The notes under the pieces are model-generated. The model worked only from the letters and a program-made list of their open reading frames with translations, was not told the DNA's origin and did not search any database. This document shows, piece after piece, positions 38,801 through 47,296 of a stretch of DNA of 64,000 nt. The stretch lies in IMG/VR virus record IMGVR_UViG_3300036823_000386; one strand, given 5' to 3'. The position numbers and the translations under genes were made by a program. Source of the stretch: an uncultured virus (IMG/VR IMGVR_UViG_3300036823_000386) (taxonomy: Duplodnaviria; Heunggongvirae; Uroviricota; Caudoviricetes). Within the stretch, counting starts at the first letter, position 1, and every line of letters starts with the position of its first letter.

Positions 38801-40959
38801 TTATAGGCGCAACGCGTCAGCCGGTTTACAGCAAACTATACGCGTGGAGCGAGGCGGCGATGCGCGTTGGCCGGTCTTCCGCGGTTACCAGCGCGCCAGT
38901 GAGAGCGATGGCCACGGCGATCGGCGGGGTAACCCGAGCGTTGGGTGCAGGGTTGATCGCGTTGCAGTCCTGGTTTGTACCGCTGGTAGTGACGGCCGCG
39001 GGGATTTATGCGTTCAACAAGGGCATGGAAATGATCGGTCTTTCGAGCGAGAAAGCAGAAGCCAAGCTGGCAGGTTTTAACGAGGAGGCGCAAAAAGCGG
39101 GTGCGGCGGCGAACGCGTACGCCGAAGCGGCGGATGCACTGGCAACGATTCAGCGGGCGGTCAGTCCGGAAAAAGGATTTCAAGGGATGAAGTCCGCGGA
39201 TCAGAAAAAGTATCTGTCCCAAGCCAGCGAACTGGTCGGCTTGTATGAACCGGATATAAAGAAACAGCAAATGCTTCAAGACACGTTTCGGAAGCAGACT
39301 GCGGAACTGCTCAAGCAAGGAGACATCGGGGGCGTGATAAACCTGATGGATGCCGAGCGAAACAAGCTGGGCGCAGCCCGTCGCGAGGAGCTGCAAAAAC
39401 AATTTGTCTCTTTATCCAATCAGCAACGGACGCTGGCGGATGAGATAGAACGTCTTCAGGCAAAGCAGAGGGGAAGCTTTGGTAGAATTGGATATGATGC
39501 GCGAGCGAAAAGCATCGTTGAAAAGCAAACGCAGTTAGAGGAGCTGAACGGCAATAAAGTTCGCAACTTTATGGATCAGAGCGACGCGTACGAAAAGGCG
39601 ATCCAGTATGATGAAAAATATCAATCGGCCATTCGAGCCCAGAAATTGCTTTGGGAAAGCATGGCAGAGATCTTTGATCAGGTAAACGCGAACAATCCGA
39701 TTGAGAAATCAGCATTGAAGGTGGCGAGTTTGCAGGCGCAAAACGAAGCGATAAAAAAACACATTCAGCTTCTTGATACCGAGGACGCGGCGGATACCGC
39801 AGGCCAATCGGCGAAAGAGAAGCGGCTTAAAGAACTCGACGCGCAGGAGCAGGATGCCAGGCAGCGATTGGCGGTGGCGGAAAAAGAAAAAGGGTTCGGC
39901 GGTGATAAAGTGGGCGCGGCCATTCAACACTTCTTTGGGCAGGACGCCAAAGAAGATGCCGCCGCCAGCCAAGCCAAGGCGGACATTGAAAGTATTAATG
40001 CAGCCCGCGAGTCATTAAATCAGAATCAAGTTCCCGGCCAGGAAGGTTTAGGATTCGCCCGCCGTCAGGCAGAAAGGAGCGGCGATATAGAGCAGAATAA
40101 AAAAAACCAAGCGGAAATTGATGCCATCCGCCGCAACAAAGCGATCATCGAGGCGCAGGCGCAGGCGCAGTTTGGGCGGGAGGAAGGTCGGCGCGAGACG
40201 ACGTCGTTTGATTATGGGCGCGATGAAACCCAGAAGTTGCAGCATCGGCGCGACGGGATTCGCCAGCGGTTGAACCAGATGCTGCAGGGGCCGCAGACGG
40301 TGAGCACGGTGGCGCGCGAACTGGAACTTCAGAACCAGCTTTACCAGACGCAAATCGAATTGCGGAACCGAAGTTTCGGCATCGAGCGCGATATCAATCA
40401 GTTGATCGTGGACCGGCGGAAAGAGTTTGAGCATTCGTTGTTGTCGGCTGGGCCCGCCGAGATGTTGCGGAAGCTGGCGGCGTTGAGCATGGGGACGGGC
40501 GGCAAGATGTCGCCGGGACAATTTCTCGCGCTTTCGCCGGACATGCGCAAGGATCTCTCGATGGTGGATCCGCGGTTCGATCCGCAGATGATGGACTTGA
40601 TGGCGGAGCGCAATCGCGGCGGCAAGCGACCGGGGGAACCGGCGTTTGACAATTCGCTGACGCAAATCTCGACGGCGGCCGGGGAGTTGGCGGCGCGTTT
40701 GCAAAAGGTATTGCCGGACACGAGCACTTACGATGCGGCGGCGGCAAATGTTTCCAAGCTCGCGGGGAGTGCCGGGGCGGCGGCGGATGCGCTCGATCGG
40801 TTGACCGCTGCGGCGGGCAAGGCGCATCCGGTTCCGGGCGGTTCGGTGAGTTCGCCGGCGGGATCCGCGCCGAAGAATGCGCAGTCGGGCGGCAATGGCG
40901 GCGGTGCGGGATTTATCGGCAAGTCTTTGGGACATTCCGTGGGTGCGGTTTACGGATAA
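35887..40959 (+). CDS. Tape measure protein (TP901-type core)
   Basis: 1690 aa helical Ala/Gln-rich; core EAAIQWSRLG...AANVAQID...SGSNIGNMMKS. Confidence 0.9.
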   Translation: MGELLDAVELRVTAPKLPLPGLEEAHRKLVAISGELQSVQNRINAVSTSSAFTRTAKGIEDVLKQFQSKRGKGISQADAAKMLGFDPKDVRQYFLREQEKLAQAMSAAENKRKTLRGSQHDSARKDLLAKEKKLQSDLQSLRRTFEGQNLNISGAGSAAKFFSGYQKAAVRSAKDPVDALRALFGGGGGGAPGTIGVGGGKIDLIIPASQITATIGPGPIGVNIPAGSVSGGGGGNGGGGGRGGKGGKKGGEFSEGDGALIEERTVTTADSKLVSRKNYEGAGETVENIFKEVEGQLEQVKQVSISSPARAAKQQLQQEIAGIRAEMEGLLAGTNDPRKIAAIHRKQAQQLGGIFGSADEPSERATEFEALGLGTVVSRTRGAASKLEGRGSDLAQKAMRDDLKKQGAIRKALAAARAKGEAEEAARLNAERRANEKRIRDHNRFLAAGQRSTNQAAAQAQKVANLNRQQAQAAAYKTLTYQGADSAWADFMRTGGRQISDRQSLLPGGGRRLVGERETNGRKETMTVTYDQAGAKIERLTKAMSESRKEGGYLASDFIKNTAKVATWAASVGVLYKSLELVTYSMGRLVDIGPQVGRLDQVFKGVGGSAMALTEDIIGLAAANGSSTEQAMEAAIQWSRLGLTRVQVNEAVRVSLMAANVAQIDALEATEKMQAVMQAYGLDVSDLRSELGQIVQISNSYNVTNEDMLQGLSRVAAVARQAGLPLAELQGILGATIGGTGQSGSNIGNMMKSVILSLSNPDLQKKLRQNFKFETSTGGEEIKGMSALLSDLFVKYQHLNQLQRQSLLFTVGGKTQSSRLEAMLDGYIKAQILAVNAQLHLNTAEQENAKIVATLKNQLKGLTAEWEKFVVIQGSNGPAQAMTATATAFHNLLSLANTPAASWLTTAIGGLLAAGTAKSILTGLKGGDGFLGRSQGHIRQVLGEFNGSMMQLYANTVGGALATNVGTRQTGIIGATRQPVYSKLYAWSEAAMRVGRSSAVTSAPVRAMATAIGGVTRALGAGLIALQSWFVPLVVTAAGIYAFNKGMEMIGLSSEKAEAKLAGFNEEAQKAGAAANAYAEAADALATIQRAVSPEKGFQGMKSADQKKYLSQASELVGLYEPDIKKQQMLQDTFRKQTAELLKQGDIGGVINLMDAERNKLGAARREELQKQFVSLSNQQRTLADEIERLQAKQRGSFGRIGYDARAKSIVEKQTQLEELNGNKVRNFMDQSDAYEKAIQYDEKYQSAIRAQKLLWESMAEIFDQVNANNPIEKSALKVASLQAQNEAIKKHIQLLDTEDAADTAGQSAKEKRLKELDAQEQDARQRLAVAEKEKGFGGDKVGAAIQHFFGQDAKEDAAASQAKADIESINAARESLNQNQVPGQEGLGFARRQAERSGDIEQNKKNQAEIDAIRRNKAIIEAQAQAQFGREEGRRETTSFDYGRDETQKLQHRRDGIRQRLNQMLQGPQTVSTVARELELQNQLYQTQIELRNRSFGIERDINQLIVDRRKEFEHSLLSAGPAEMLRKLAALSMGTGGKMSPGQFLALSPDMRKDLSMVDPRFDPQMMDLMAERNRGGKRPGEPAFDNSLTQISTAAGELAARLQKVLPDTSTYDAAAANVSKLAGSAGAAADALDRLTAAAGKAHPVPGGSVSSPAGSAPKNAQSGGNGGGAGFIGKSLGHSVGAVYG

Positions 40960-40961
40960 GC

Positions 40962-41183
40962 ATGAACGATATTCCTGAACAATTATTTGCGGCGGTGATT
41001 TTGCTGGCTGTGTTGCTGGTTTTGCTGTGGCCGACGAAAGAAAAGCCGCGGAAACATTTCACGCGAGACGCGAGCAAATTGCGGCCGGGGAGGCAGTCGG
41101 ACATTGTTTCGCGCGAGGAAGTGGAGCGGAGCAAAATCAAACATCGGAAGGCATACGGGCGCAAAAGATTTTGGATTCGATAG
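40962..41183 (+). CDS. Small single-TM basic protein
   Basis: LFAAVILLAVLLVLLW. Confidence 0.5.
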   Translation: MNDIPEQLFAAVILLAVLLVLLWPTKEKPRKHFTRDASKLRPGRQSDIVSREEVERSKIKHRKAYGRKRFWIR

Positions 41184-41194
41184 CGATTTGAATT

Positions 41195-44095
41195 ATGCAA
41201 TTATTTTATAACGGGTTTGCGATCCATAACATGGGCGAGTTCACGATTTCGCAACAGCGCGAGATTGAGGATGGGCAACGGGTCAAGGTGACGCTGAAGG
41301 TGGGAGTGACTTTGTTTCAGCGATCGTACGGGGACAATTATTCGCTGGTGCAGGCTTTGATGAGTGCGCTGGCGACGCAGGAGGCGGTGTTGCAATGGAC
41401 GAACACGGACAACGGGACGAATTATATCAACCAGACGGTGACGCAGGTCTCGAACGATTTGCCGGAGGAATGGGGCACTTACCAGATGCAATTCAATCTG
41501 GTGTTTTTTTATTACGAACAAAACCTGGTGACGAATAATTTGCCGCTAACGTATGCCGGCGGCGGGGCGGTGTTGACGCTGGGCAATGTGAGCAAGTTTT
41601 CGCAGGTGATCAATACCGACCGGTTTTCGACGTATCACTCGCAGCGCAAGGTGGTGAAGGGCAAGCTCACCGTGACGGGTTATTTGCTGGGCGATCCGAC
41701 GCTGGCGCTGGACCAGCGGCGCACGGCGTTGCTGGCGGCAAAGGCGGCGATGGACACGGCGCTCAACGGCTCGGTGGATGGGCTGTTGCAATTCGGCGCG
41801 CAGGGGAGTGTGTTCAACGGGACGGTGCGCCCGGAGGAATACTCGAGTGAGATTGACGAGCTGAAGTATCAAATCGGCTGGAGCTTCACGGCGAGCTACA
41901 CGGTGTTTCCGAAGGAGGCGACGTTTGCCACGGTGGAATATTCGGCGGAGCAGCGCGACGCGAACACGGGCGAGCAATGGCTGATGTTGACGGGCAAAAT
42001 CACGGCGTTCACCGAGGCGACGGCGCGCACGCAGTTGGCGGCGGTGATCACGGCGGCGACGACGCAGTATGGTTTCAACGTGCAGAGCCAGCAGTTGCGG
42101 AACGATTCCAAGGCGGACCTGGTGCAGGCGAACGGCGATGGCAATGCGTTCATCGAGCTATCGTTCACGGTGGAGTATCGGCGGTTCCGCAGCGACAACC
42201 TTCAACTGACGTTTGTCGCGACGAAAAATAAAAAACAAATCCCGTTCGGGAACACGGTGCATTTTGCGCAGGAATATTCGGCGCGGCGGTTCAATGAGTT
42301 GCGGTCGCAACGCTCGATGGCGGGCGGCCGGGTGACGGCGAGCGGGACGTGGCTGGGCGATGCCAAGCTGACTTTGACGGCGTTGCGCACGGCGCTGATC
42401 GCGCAACAAACGGCGATGCTCAATGAGGTGAACAATGCCGACGGCACGCTGACCTACGGCGCGTTCAGCCAGGTCGGGCGCGTGGAAAATTTGAAGGCGG
42501 AAATCAATCAGGCGCTGACAGGGATTGATTGGAGTTTCACAATGATCTATTCGCTCTTCCCGAATGAGTCGGGCTATGCGACGGCGGATTATGTGAGCGA
42601 TGTGACCACGAACATTGAGACGGGGGACACGATGCTGGGTTTCTCGGGGACGATTCTCGCGCCGGACGAAGCGCTGGCGATCGCGAAGCTCGGGACGGTG
42701 CGGACATCGGTCCTGACGCTTTACGGTTTCAATATCAGCCAGCAGCTTGAAGCGAACCAGAAATCGCGCCGGGTGTTTGCGAACGGGGACAAGACGGCGA
42801 CGATTGCCTCGCTGGAAGCGGCGGACGGGACGACGTTCATTGAATTGAGTTTTTCGGAGAGTTACCGGCAACGGATGGCGTCGCTCCTGGGTTTCAAATT
42901 GCAGCAGGGGAGCAAGCAGGATGTGACATCCGGGATGATCATGACGACGTATTCCGGGACCGTCTCGGCGGGCGGTTCGTCCGCGGACGCGGCTTATACG
43001 GCGGCGCTGGTGAAGGCCCAGGCGCTGGGTTTGGGCCGCGAGCCGCAGCTTGGGCCGGGGGCGTTCCTCAAATCTTCCCAGGTGACGTGGGACCAGCGGC
43101 AGACGCAGGCGGCGAACAACATCGAGTTTGTCTCGCTGAGTTTTGCCTACGAATACCAGAGCCGCATGCCGGCGGGAAATGCGTACGTGGAAATGAGCAC
43201 GGATTGGACGACGGAGACGTTCGGCAATGATGCGGTGTCCGTGAGCGGCTCGGTGATTGCGACGACGAATCTGGCGGCGAAGGGACTTTACGAATCCACC
43301 GTGAAGTCGGTTTATGCGGGGATGATCATCACGGGCGAGTCGTTGCGCTACGCGACGTTGACGGCGAACGCGGACAGCAATTCCCCGGCGGCGCAGGATG
43401 TCCGGTTTGATTTCAGTTTCAGCGCGTTCGTGCCGAAGGCGGTAGGCAAGGTGGCGTATCGCTACGGCCTGACGACTTCCAACGATTATCTGCAACTGCA
43501 ACGCGAATCGCGGGTGCAGGGAACGGTCTATGCGCTGGACGTGGCGACCGCCACGGCGGCGGTGGCCACGCTATTGGCGACGCTCAATCTGGGTTCGCTG
43601 GTGGCGGACAGCAGCGGGGTGGACCGCGAATATACGTCGGACAGCACGCTCGATGTTTTTCTCAAATACGATTTCGAGGCGCGGTATGTGGCGAAGATCA
43701 CGGGCATCGGCAATTTGCTCGAGATGAAGGTGACGGAGAGCGTGAAATATTCCGGGACACGCTGGATCACGCAATCGGTCCCGCGAGCGCCGGACGGGAC
43801 AGGCGGCGTGAGCATCGTCCAGGACGGCGGGTTGGAGCCGGGCAGCCGTCAGGTGCGCGGGGAAGTGTCAGCAGCGACGAAGGCGACGGCGATCGCGTGG
43901 GCGCGCCAGCAGCGGGCCTTGCTGACGGGGGACAATAGCGGGGGCAGTTATCCGCAGCCGGAGGAGCTGGACGTGGCGTATGGATTTTTGCCGCGGGTGG
44001 ACGGGGTGATCGTGGGCGTGGGCGAGAACGTGCAGATCTACAAGGTGAGCTTTGGGTTCTCGGAGATTTTGCCGAATTATTTGCCCGGCACCTAG
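41195..44095 (+). CDS. Distal tail-like protein with internal tandem duplication
   Basis: Follows TMP; duplicated ~220-aa unit (GNVSKFSQ...RF...SQR / GNTVHFAQ...RF...SQR; WSFTASYTVFP / WSFTMIYSLFP). Confidence 0.6.
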   Translation: MQLFYNGFAIHNMGEFTISQQREIEDGQRVKVTLKVGVTLFQRSYGDNYSLVQALMSALATQEAVLQWTNTDNGTNYINQTVTQVSNDLPEEWGTYQMQFNLVFFYYEQNLVTNNLPLTYAGGGAVLTLGNVSKFSQVINTDRFSTYHSQRKVVKGKLTVTGYLLGDPTLALDQRRTALLAAKAAMDTALNGSVDGLLQFGAQGSVFNGTVRPEEYSSEIDELKYQIGWSFTASYTVFPKEATFATVEYSAEQRDANTGEQWLMLTGKITAFTEATARTQLAAVITAATTQYGFNVQSQQLRNDSKADLVQANGDGNAFIELSFTVEYRRFRSDNLQLTFVATKNKKQIPFGNTVHFAQEYSARRFNELRSQRSMAGGRVTASGTWLGDAKLTLTALRTALIAQQTAMLNEVNNADGTLTYGAFSQVGRVENLKAEINQALTGIDWSFTMIYSLFPNESGYATADYVSDVTTNIETGDTMLGFSGTILAPDEALAIAKLGTVRTSVLTLYGFNISQQLEANQKSRRVFANGDKTATIASLEAADGTTFIELSFSESYRQRMASLLGFKLQQGSKQDVTSGMIMTTYSGTVSAGGSSADAAYTAALVKAQALGLGREPQLGPGAFLKSSQVTWDQRQTQAANNIEFVSLSFAYEYQSRMPAGNAYVEMSTDWTTETFGNDAVSVSGSVIATTNLAAKGLYESTVKSVYAGMIITGESLRYATLTANADSNSPAAQDVRFDFSFSAFVPKAVGKVAYRYGLTTSNDYLQLQRESRVQGTVYALDVATATAAVATLLATLNLGSLVADSSGVDREYTSDSTLDVFLKYDFEARYVAKITGIGNLLEMKVTESVKYSGTRWITQSVPRAPDGTGGVSIVQDGGLEPGSRQVRGEVSAATKATAIAWARQQRALLTGDNSGGSYPQPEELDVAYGFLPRVDGVIVGVGENVQIYKVSFGFSEILPNYLPGT

Positions 44096-44167
44096 CGGTG
44101 CTGCCACTGGGGGAAAGAAAGCCGGCTCGCTACCATTTGCGGTCTAAATGACGCCGGGCTTTGCGAG

Positions 44168-44641
44168 TCAATGCAGGTTGAGGAGACGGACGAGGTCATC
44201 GCGCATGCGGTTGAGGTCGTCTATCGTGTTGACTTGGCGGGCGGCGGGATGTGGGCCGGTGATTAAGTGAGGACGCCATTCTAAATCGCCTTCGCTCAGG
44301 GCAGTTTGGATGGCTGGTTCGAGAGCTGCGGCCGCGTGCTTGCCAAAGATAAGAATGATTTGAGGACGTTGAGTGGCTAGGACTTCGCCAATGTGTTTCA
44401 TATCAGGCGGAAAAACCGAGCTTGCGTGGCCACCGATTTCGCGGCTGATTTCTTCCCAGTGGATTTCGTCGCAGAGTTCGCCGAAGGCGGCCTTCAAACG
44501 CCTCCCGGTAAGGCAGCCAGCGAACAGAGCGTACTCGAGGATCCGGAGACGCAGTTCTTCGCCATCTTCTTTGATCATTTTCCGCACGCGTTCTGGGTCT
44601 TTGAACCATTGGTTTTGGAGGAAGGCGACGGTGGTTTTCAT
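44168..44641 (-). CDS. Uracil-DNA glycosylase-superfamily-like protein
   Basis: RPQIILIFGKHAAAAL...PHPAAR. Confidence 0.5.
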   Translation of the reverse strand: MKTTVAFLQNQWFKDPERVRKMIKEDGEELRLRILEYALFAGCLTGRRLKAAFGELCDEIHWEEISREIGGHASSVFPPDMKHIGEVLATQRPQIILIFGKHAAAALEPAIQTALSEGDLEWRPHLITGPHPAARQVNTIDDLNRMRDDLVRLLNLH

Positions 44642-44886
44642 GGCTCGTTATTTTCGAGGGATTTTCTGAGGGCGAAGTCGTTTTTGATGTCGGTGCGCCG
44701 CAGGAAGTCGCGGGCGGATTCGGTGGCGGCGAAGACATTTCCCTTGCGGGTGGAAAGGGCAGCGGTGGCCATGTCGTCATCGTCGTCGCGATAGGTGACG
44801 ATGATGAGAACGGAGTCGGCGTGCTCGGCGAGCTTGGCGGCCGCTTCCGTCATGATTTGTTCGAGGGTTTGGCGGGTGGTGCTCAT
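44638..44886 (-). CDS. Hypothetical protein
   Basis: Overlapping start/stop with neighbour. Confidence 0.55.
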   Translation of the reverse strand: MSTTRQTLEQIMTEAAAKLAEHADSVLIIVTYRDDDDDMATAALSTRKGNVFAATESARDFLRRTDIKNDFALRKSLENNEP

Positions 44887-44892
44887 GGCGTT

Positions 44893-45288
44893 TTATATTT
44901 CAAAATCCAAAGATGGTTCAGTGGTTTCAGAGTCTTTCCAGTGGCCGAACGCGCGCAACATGGCTTGCGCCTTGTTAAATTTGGTGGCGTGAATGAGCGC
45001 AAAATCCTGGATGAAAGACCATTTGCCGTTCATGTTGGGAGAAACGCCCACGATGTTCATGAGATGGTTGACGTAGGAACGCTTTACTTCGATGGCGGAC
45101 ACATCCAGCAGAAGCGCCTCAATCTGGTGTATGGCTTCGAAGCTCAAAGGGTCAAAGGTTGGAACTGGCCCTTCGAATTGGGTACCTCCACGTTTGATTA
45201 TTTGATACGTGCCATTGCTGTATCGGCGTATGGCAAAAATGTTAGGTAAGAGCTGAGCCAAGGTCAGACGTTGATTGTCGTAAGTCAT
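44893..45288 (-). CDS. Hypothetical protein
   Basis: Packed in - operon; IHAT...AQAMLRAFG motif. Confidence 0.55.
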   Translation of the reverse strand: MTYDNQRLTLAQLLPNIFAIRRYSNGTYQIIKRGGTQFEGPVPTFDPLSFEAIHQIEALLLDVSAIEVKRSYVNHLMNIVGVSPNMNGKWSFIQDFALIHATKFNKAQAMLRAFGHWKDSETTEPSLDFEI

Positions 45289-45557
45289 ACGGATTCGTGA
45301 GTGTTGCCGGGGTGGAAAAATTCTCCGTAGGTTTGGCGGAGTTGTTTGCGCATGGCGTGGCGCAGTTTTTTAACGGCGGTATGTTCGATGTTGAAGATGG
45401 TTCCGCGGGAGACGCCACAGACTTTGGCGATGTCACGATGGGTCATGGTTTGATGGGGTTTCACCCAGGCGCGCAGGCAGATGAGCCCGGCTTCTAGGCT
45501 GCCATCGGCGATTTGCTCGGGGTGCTTTTCCCAAGGTTCGGTCGCGTGATCGGGCAT
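45285..45557 (-). CDS. Sigma70 region-4-like HTH protein
   Basis: MTHRDIAKVCGVSRGTIFNIEHTAVKKLR. Confidence 0.7.
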   Translation of the reverse strand: MPDHATEPWEKHPEQIADGSLEAGLICLRAWVKPHQTMTHRDIAKVCGVSRGTIFNIEHTAVKKLRHAMRKQLRQTYGEFFHPGNTHESV

Positions 45558-45564
45558 AACGAAT

Positions 45565-45885
45565 TTAGCTTTTGTGCGGGTCGCGGTAGTTGAGGGTGGC
45601 GGAGCCGGGGTCGGCGGTCGGTTCGGGTTGGAGGTCGGTCGGGCCGTGGTAATAACCGCCATCTAAATTGGTAATGATCATCTGGGTGTTGGGCACGGTC
45701 GGGCCAAGTCCGTTGGTCATGCTTAACCCGCCTAATTGAATCACGACGATGGGATCGCCCAGGCGCATGGCGGCGGACTTGGCGATGACGTTGTTTTGTT
45801 CGCGCAGGTAGGAGTTTGTCAATACGAGGCCAAGATCGCCAGCGGCGAGGAGGGTGAGGATGGAAATGGTGGTTAGATTTTTCAT
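45565..45885 (-). CDS. Membrane/secreted hypothetical protein
   Basis: MKNLTTISILTLLAAG. Confidence 0.5.
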   Translation of the reverse strand: MKNLTTISILTLLAAGDLGLVLTNSYLREQNNVIAKSAAMRLGDPIVVIQLGGLSMTNGLGPTVPNTQMIITNLDGGYYHGPTDLQPEPTADPGSATLNYRDPHKS

Positions 45886-45901
45886 GGGTTTAAGTTTTGA
45901 G

Positions 45902-46303
45902 TTAGTTTGAGCCGGCGCGAAAAAACATTCGCTGCCCGGTAAAGTTGGTGCGGAGTTGGAAGTTGGTGCCGTTGGCCGGGTAATCGAATTGCAAGTAGGG
46001 CGTCCAGGTGACGAGATCGGTGGAGGAGAGCAGGAAAACATTGTGGCCGGTGGCGCAGGGCACGACGGTCATGAGGATGCTGAGGGTGAGGGTGAGTGGT
46101 TGTGCGGGCGCTGGCGCGTTGGTGGCGGGCTCGGTTACGAATGGAATGAACATCAGAGTGGGCGCTGGCGGTAGTGGCGGCGGTGATGCCACCGCAGGCA
46201 ATGTTTTTGGAATGGGAGTCGTGGATGAGGGCGCTGGGGATGTCGTGCAGCCGGTGAGGATGAGCGCGGCGCAAAGGAGTTTAAGATTTTGATTTTTGAA
46301 CAT
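45902..46303 (-). CDS. Lipoprotein with Verrucomicrobia-type C-terminal domain
   Basis: LLCAALILTGC lipobox; LLSSTDLVTW...RMFFRA. Confidence 0.6.
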   Translation of the reverse strand: MFKNQNLKLLCAALILTGCTTSPAPSSTTPIPKTLPAVASPPPLPPAPTLMFIPFVTEPATNAPAPAQPLTLTLSILMTVVPCATGHNVFLLSSTDLVTWTPYLQFDYPANGTNFQLRTNFTGQRMFFRAGSN

Positions 46304-46307
46304 GGTT

Positions 46308-46517
46308 TTAGCGGTGTTTGTCGGCCCAGAGGAAGGCAAAGAAAAGACCCGCGCCGATGAAGATGACGCCTCCCGCGCAGGCGAAAGCTATGAAGGCGTG
46401 AACCGCACCGAGATCTCGGAGCATGTCGGTCACGGTTTGGTATCCGAGAATAATTACAGTGAGCACCCCCGAAATCCAGAGGCCGAAGTAGAGGAAGTTT
46501 GCGATGATTTTTTTCAT
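46308..46517 (-). CDS. Small two-TM protein
   Basis: MKKIIANFLYFGLWISGVLTVIILG...FIGAGLFFAFLW. Confidence 0.55.
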   Translation of the reverse strand: MKKIIANFLYFGLWISGVLTVIILGYQTVTDMLRDLGAVHAFIAFACAGGVIFIGAGLFFAFLWADKHR

Positions 46518-46519
46518 GA

Positions 46520-47296
46520 TTAAGCGGCTTGTTCCCAAAGCGGGAGGGAGGCATACAACGGATCCACGGGATGTTCGGCGACGTGGGTGGCGATGGCTTG
46601 CGTCTCTTCGATGGTTGGAGGCTGGCCTTGGGCTTGAGCCTCCGGCGATTTGATGCGCAGGGCCAGCGGCAGCCAGGGCATGATGTAGTGGATGTTGGAC
46701 CAGGCTTTCCACATTTCGTTGCTGATGGTGTTGCCGTGGATGACGCGGGTGGGAATGCCCCAAAGCGTGGTGTTGATGAAGCACATATCGCAGGCGATGG
46801 GGTTGATATCAATGGCGGTGACGCGCAGGCGGCGGAGCATCGCGGGATCGCAGACTTTGCCGATGGCGAGAATCATGGCGCCGGCGCCGCACGCGGGTTC
46901 GCAGATGGTGATATTTTGGTCGGCCGGAAACTTTTCCAGGTCGCTGAGCGTCATGCGGGCCATTAATTCGCAGATTGAAGGGGGCGTGTGGAATTCGCCA
47001 TTCCATTGCTGGCCTTTTTTGGAGAGGGCTTGTTCCATGTAATAGCCGCCGAGCAGGTCTTCAAACGGGTGGGCTTCCATGTCCATTACCAGCGCCCCAA
47101 GTGCGGTGGCAAAAATGGACATGTCATCTTTTTGCCACTGTTTCATTTCCTCGAAGTATTCGGGCTCACGGGTTTGCATGGCCAAGGCGCAGGCGGCAAA
47201 GCGAGTGAACGCGGAGAAAACTTTATGCGGGTTGTGCCGATGATCGAGGCTATCGAGCAGCTTGCGAAAGTCGGATGGCGGGGGTGATTTTTTCAT
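46520..47296 (-). CDS. N6-DNA-methylase-like protein (SAM-binding part only)
   Basis: GEFHTP, ICEPACGAGAM, AIDIN, HGNT; no NPPY/F motif seen. Confidence 0.75.
   Translation of the reverse strand: MKKSPPPSDFRKLLDSLDHRHNPHKVFSAFTRFAACALAMQTREPEYFEEMKQWQKDDMSIFATALGALVMDMEAHPFEDLLGGYYMEQALSKKGQQWNGEFHTPPSICELMARMTLSDLEKFPADQNITICEPACGAGAMILAIGKVCDPAMLRRLRVTAIDINPIACDMCFINTTLWGIPTRVIHGNTISNEMWKAWSNIHYIMPWLPLALRIKSPEAQAQGQPPTIEETQAIATHVAEHPVDPLYASLPLWEQAA

Noticed and set aside
44096..44167. Convergence gap as att site or bidirectional terminator
   Set aside because: No clear stem with T-tracts and no matching core repeat found; only a 12-bp match (CGCTACCATTTG) near 47379
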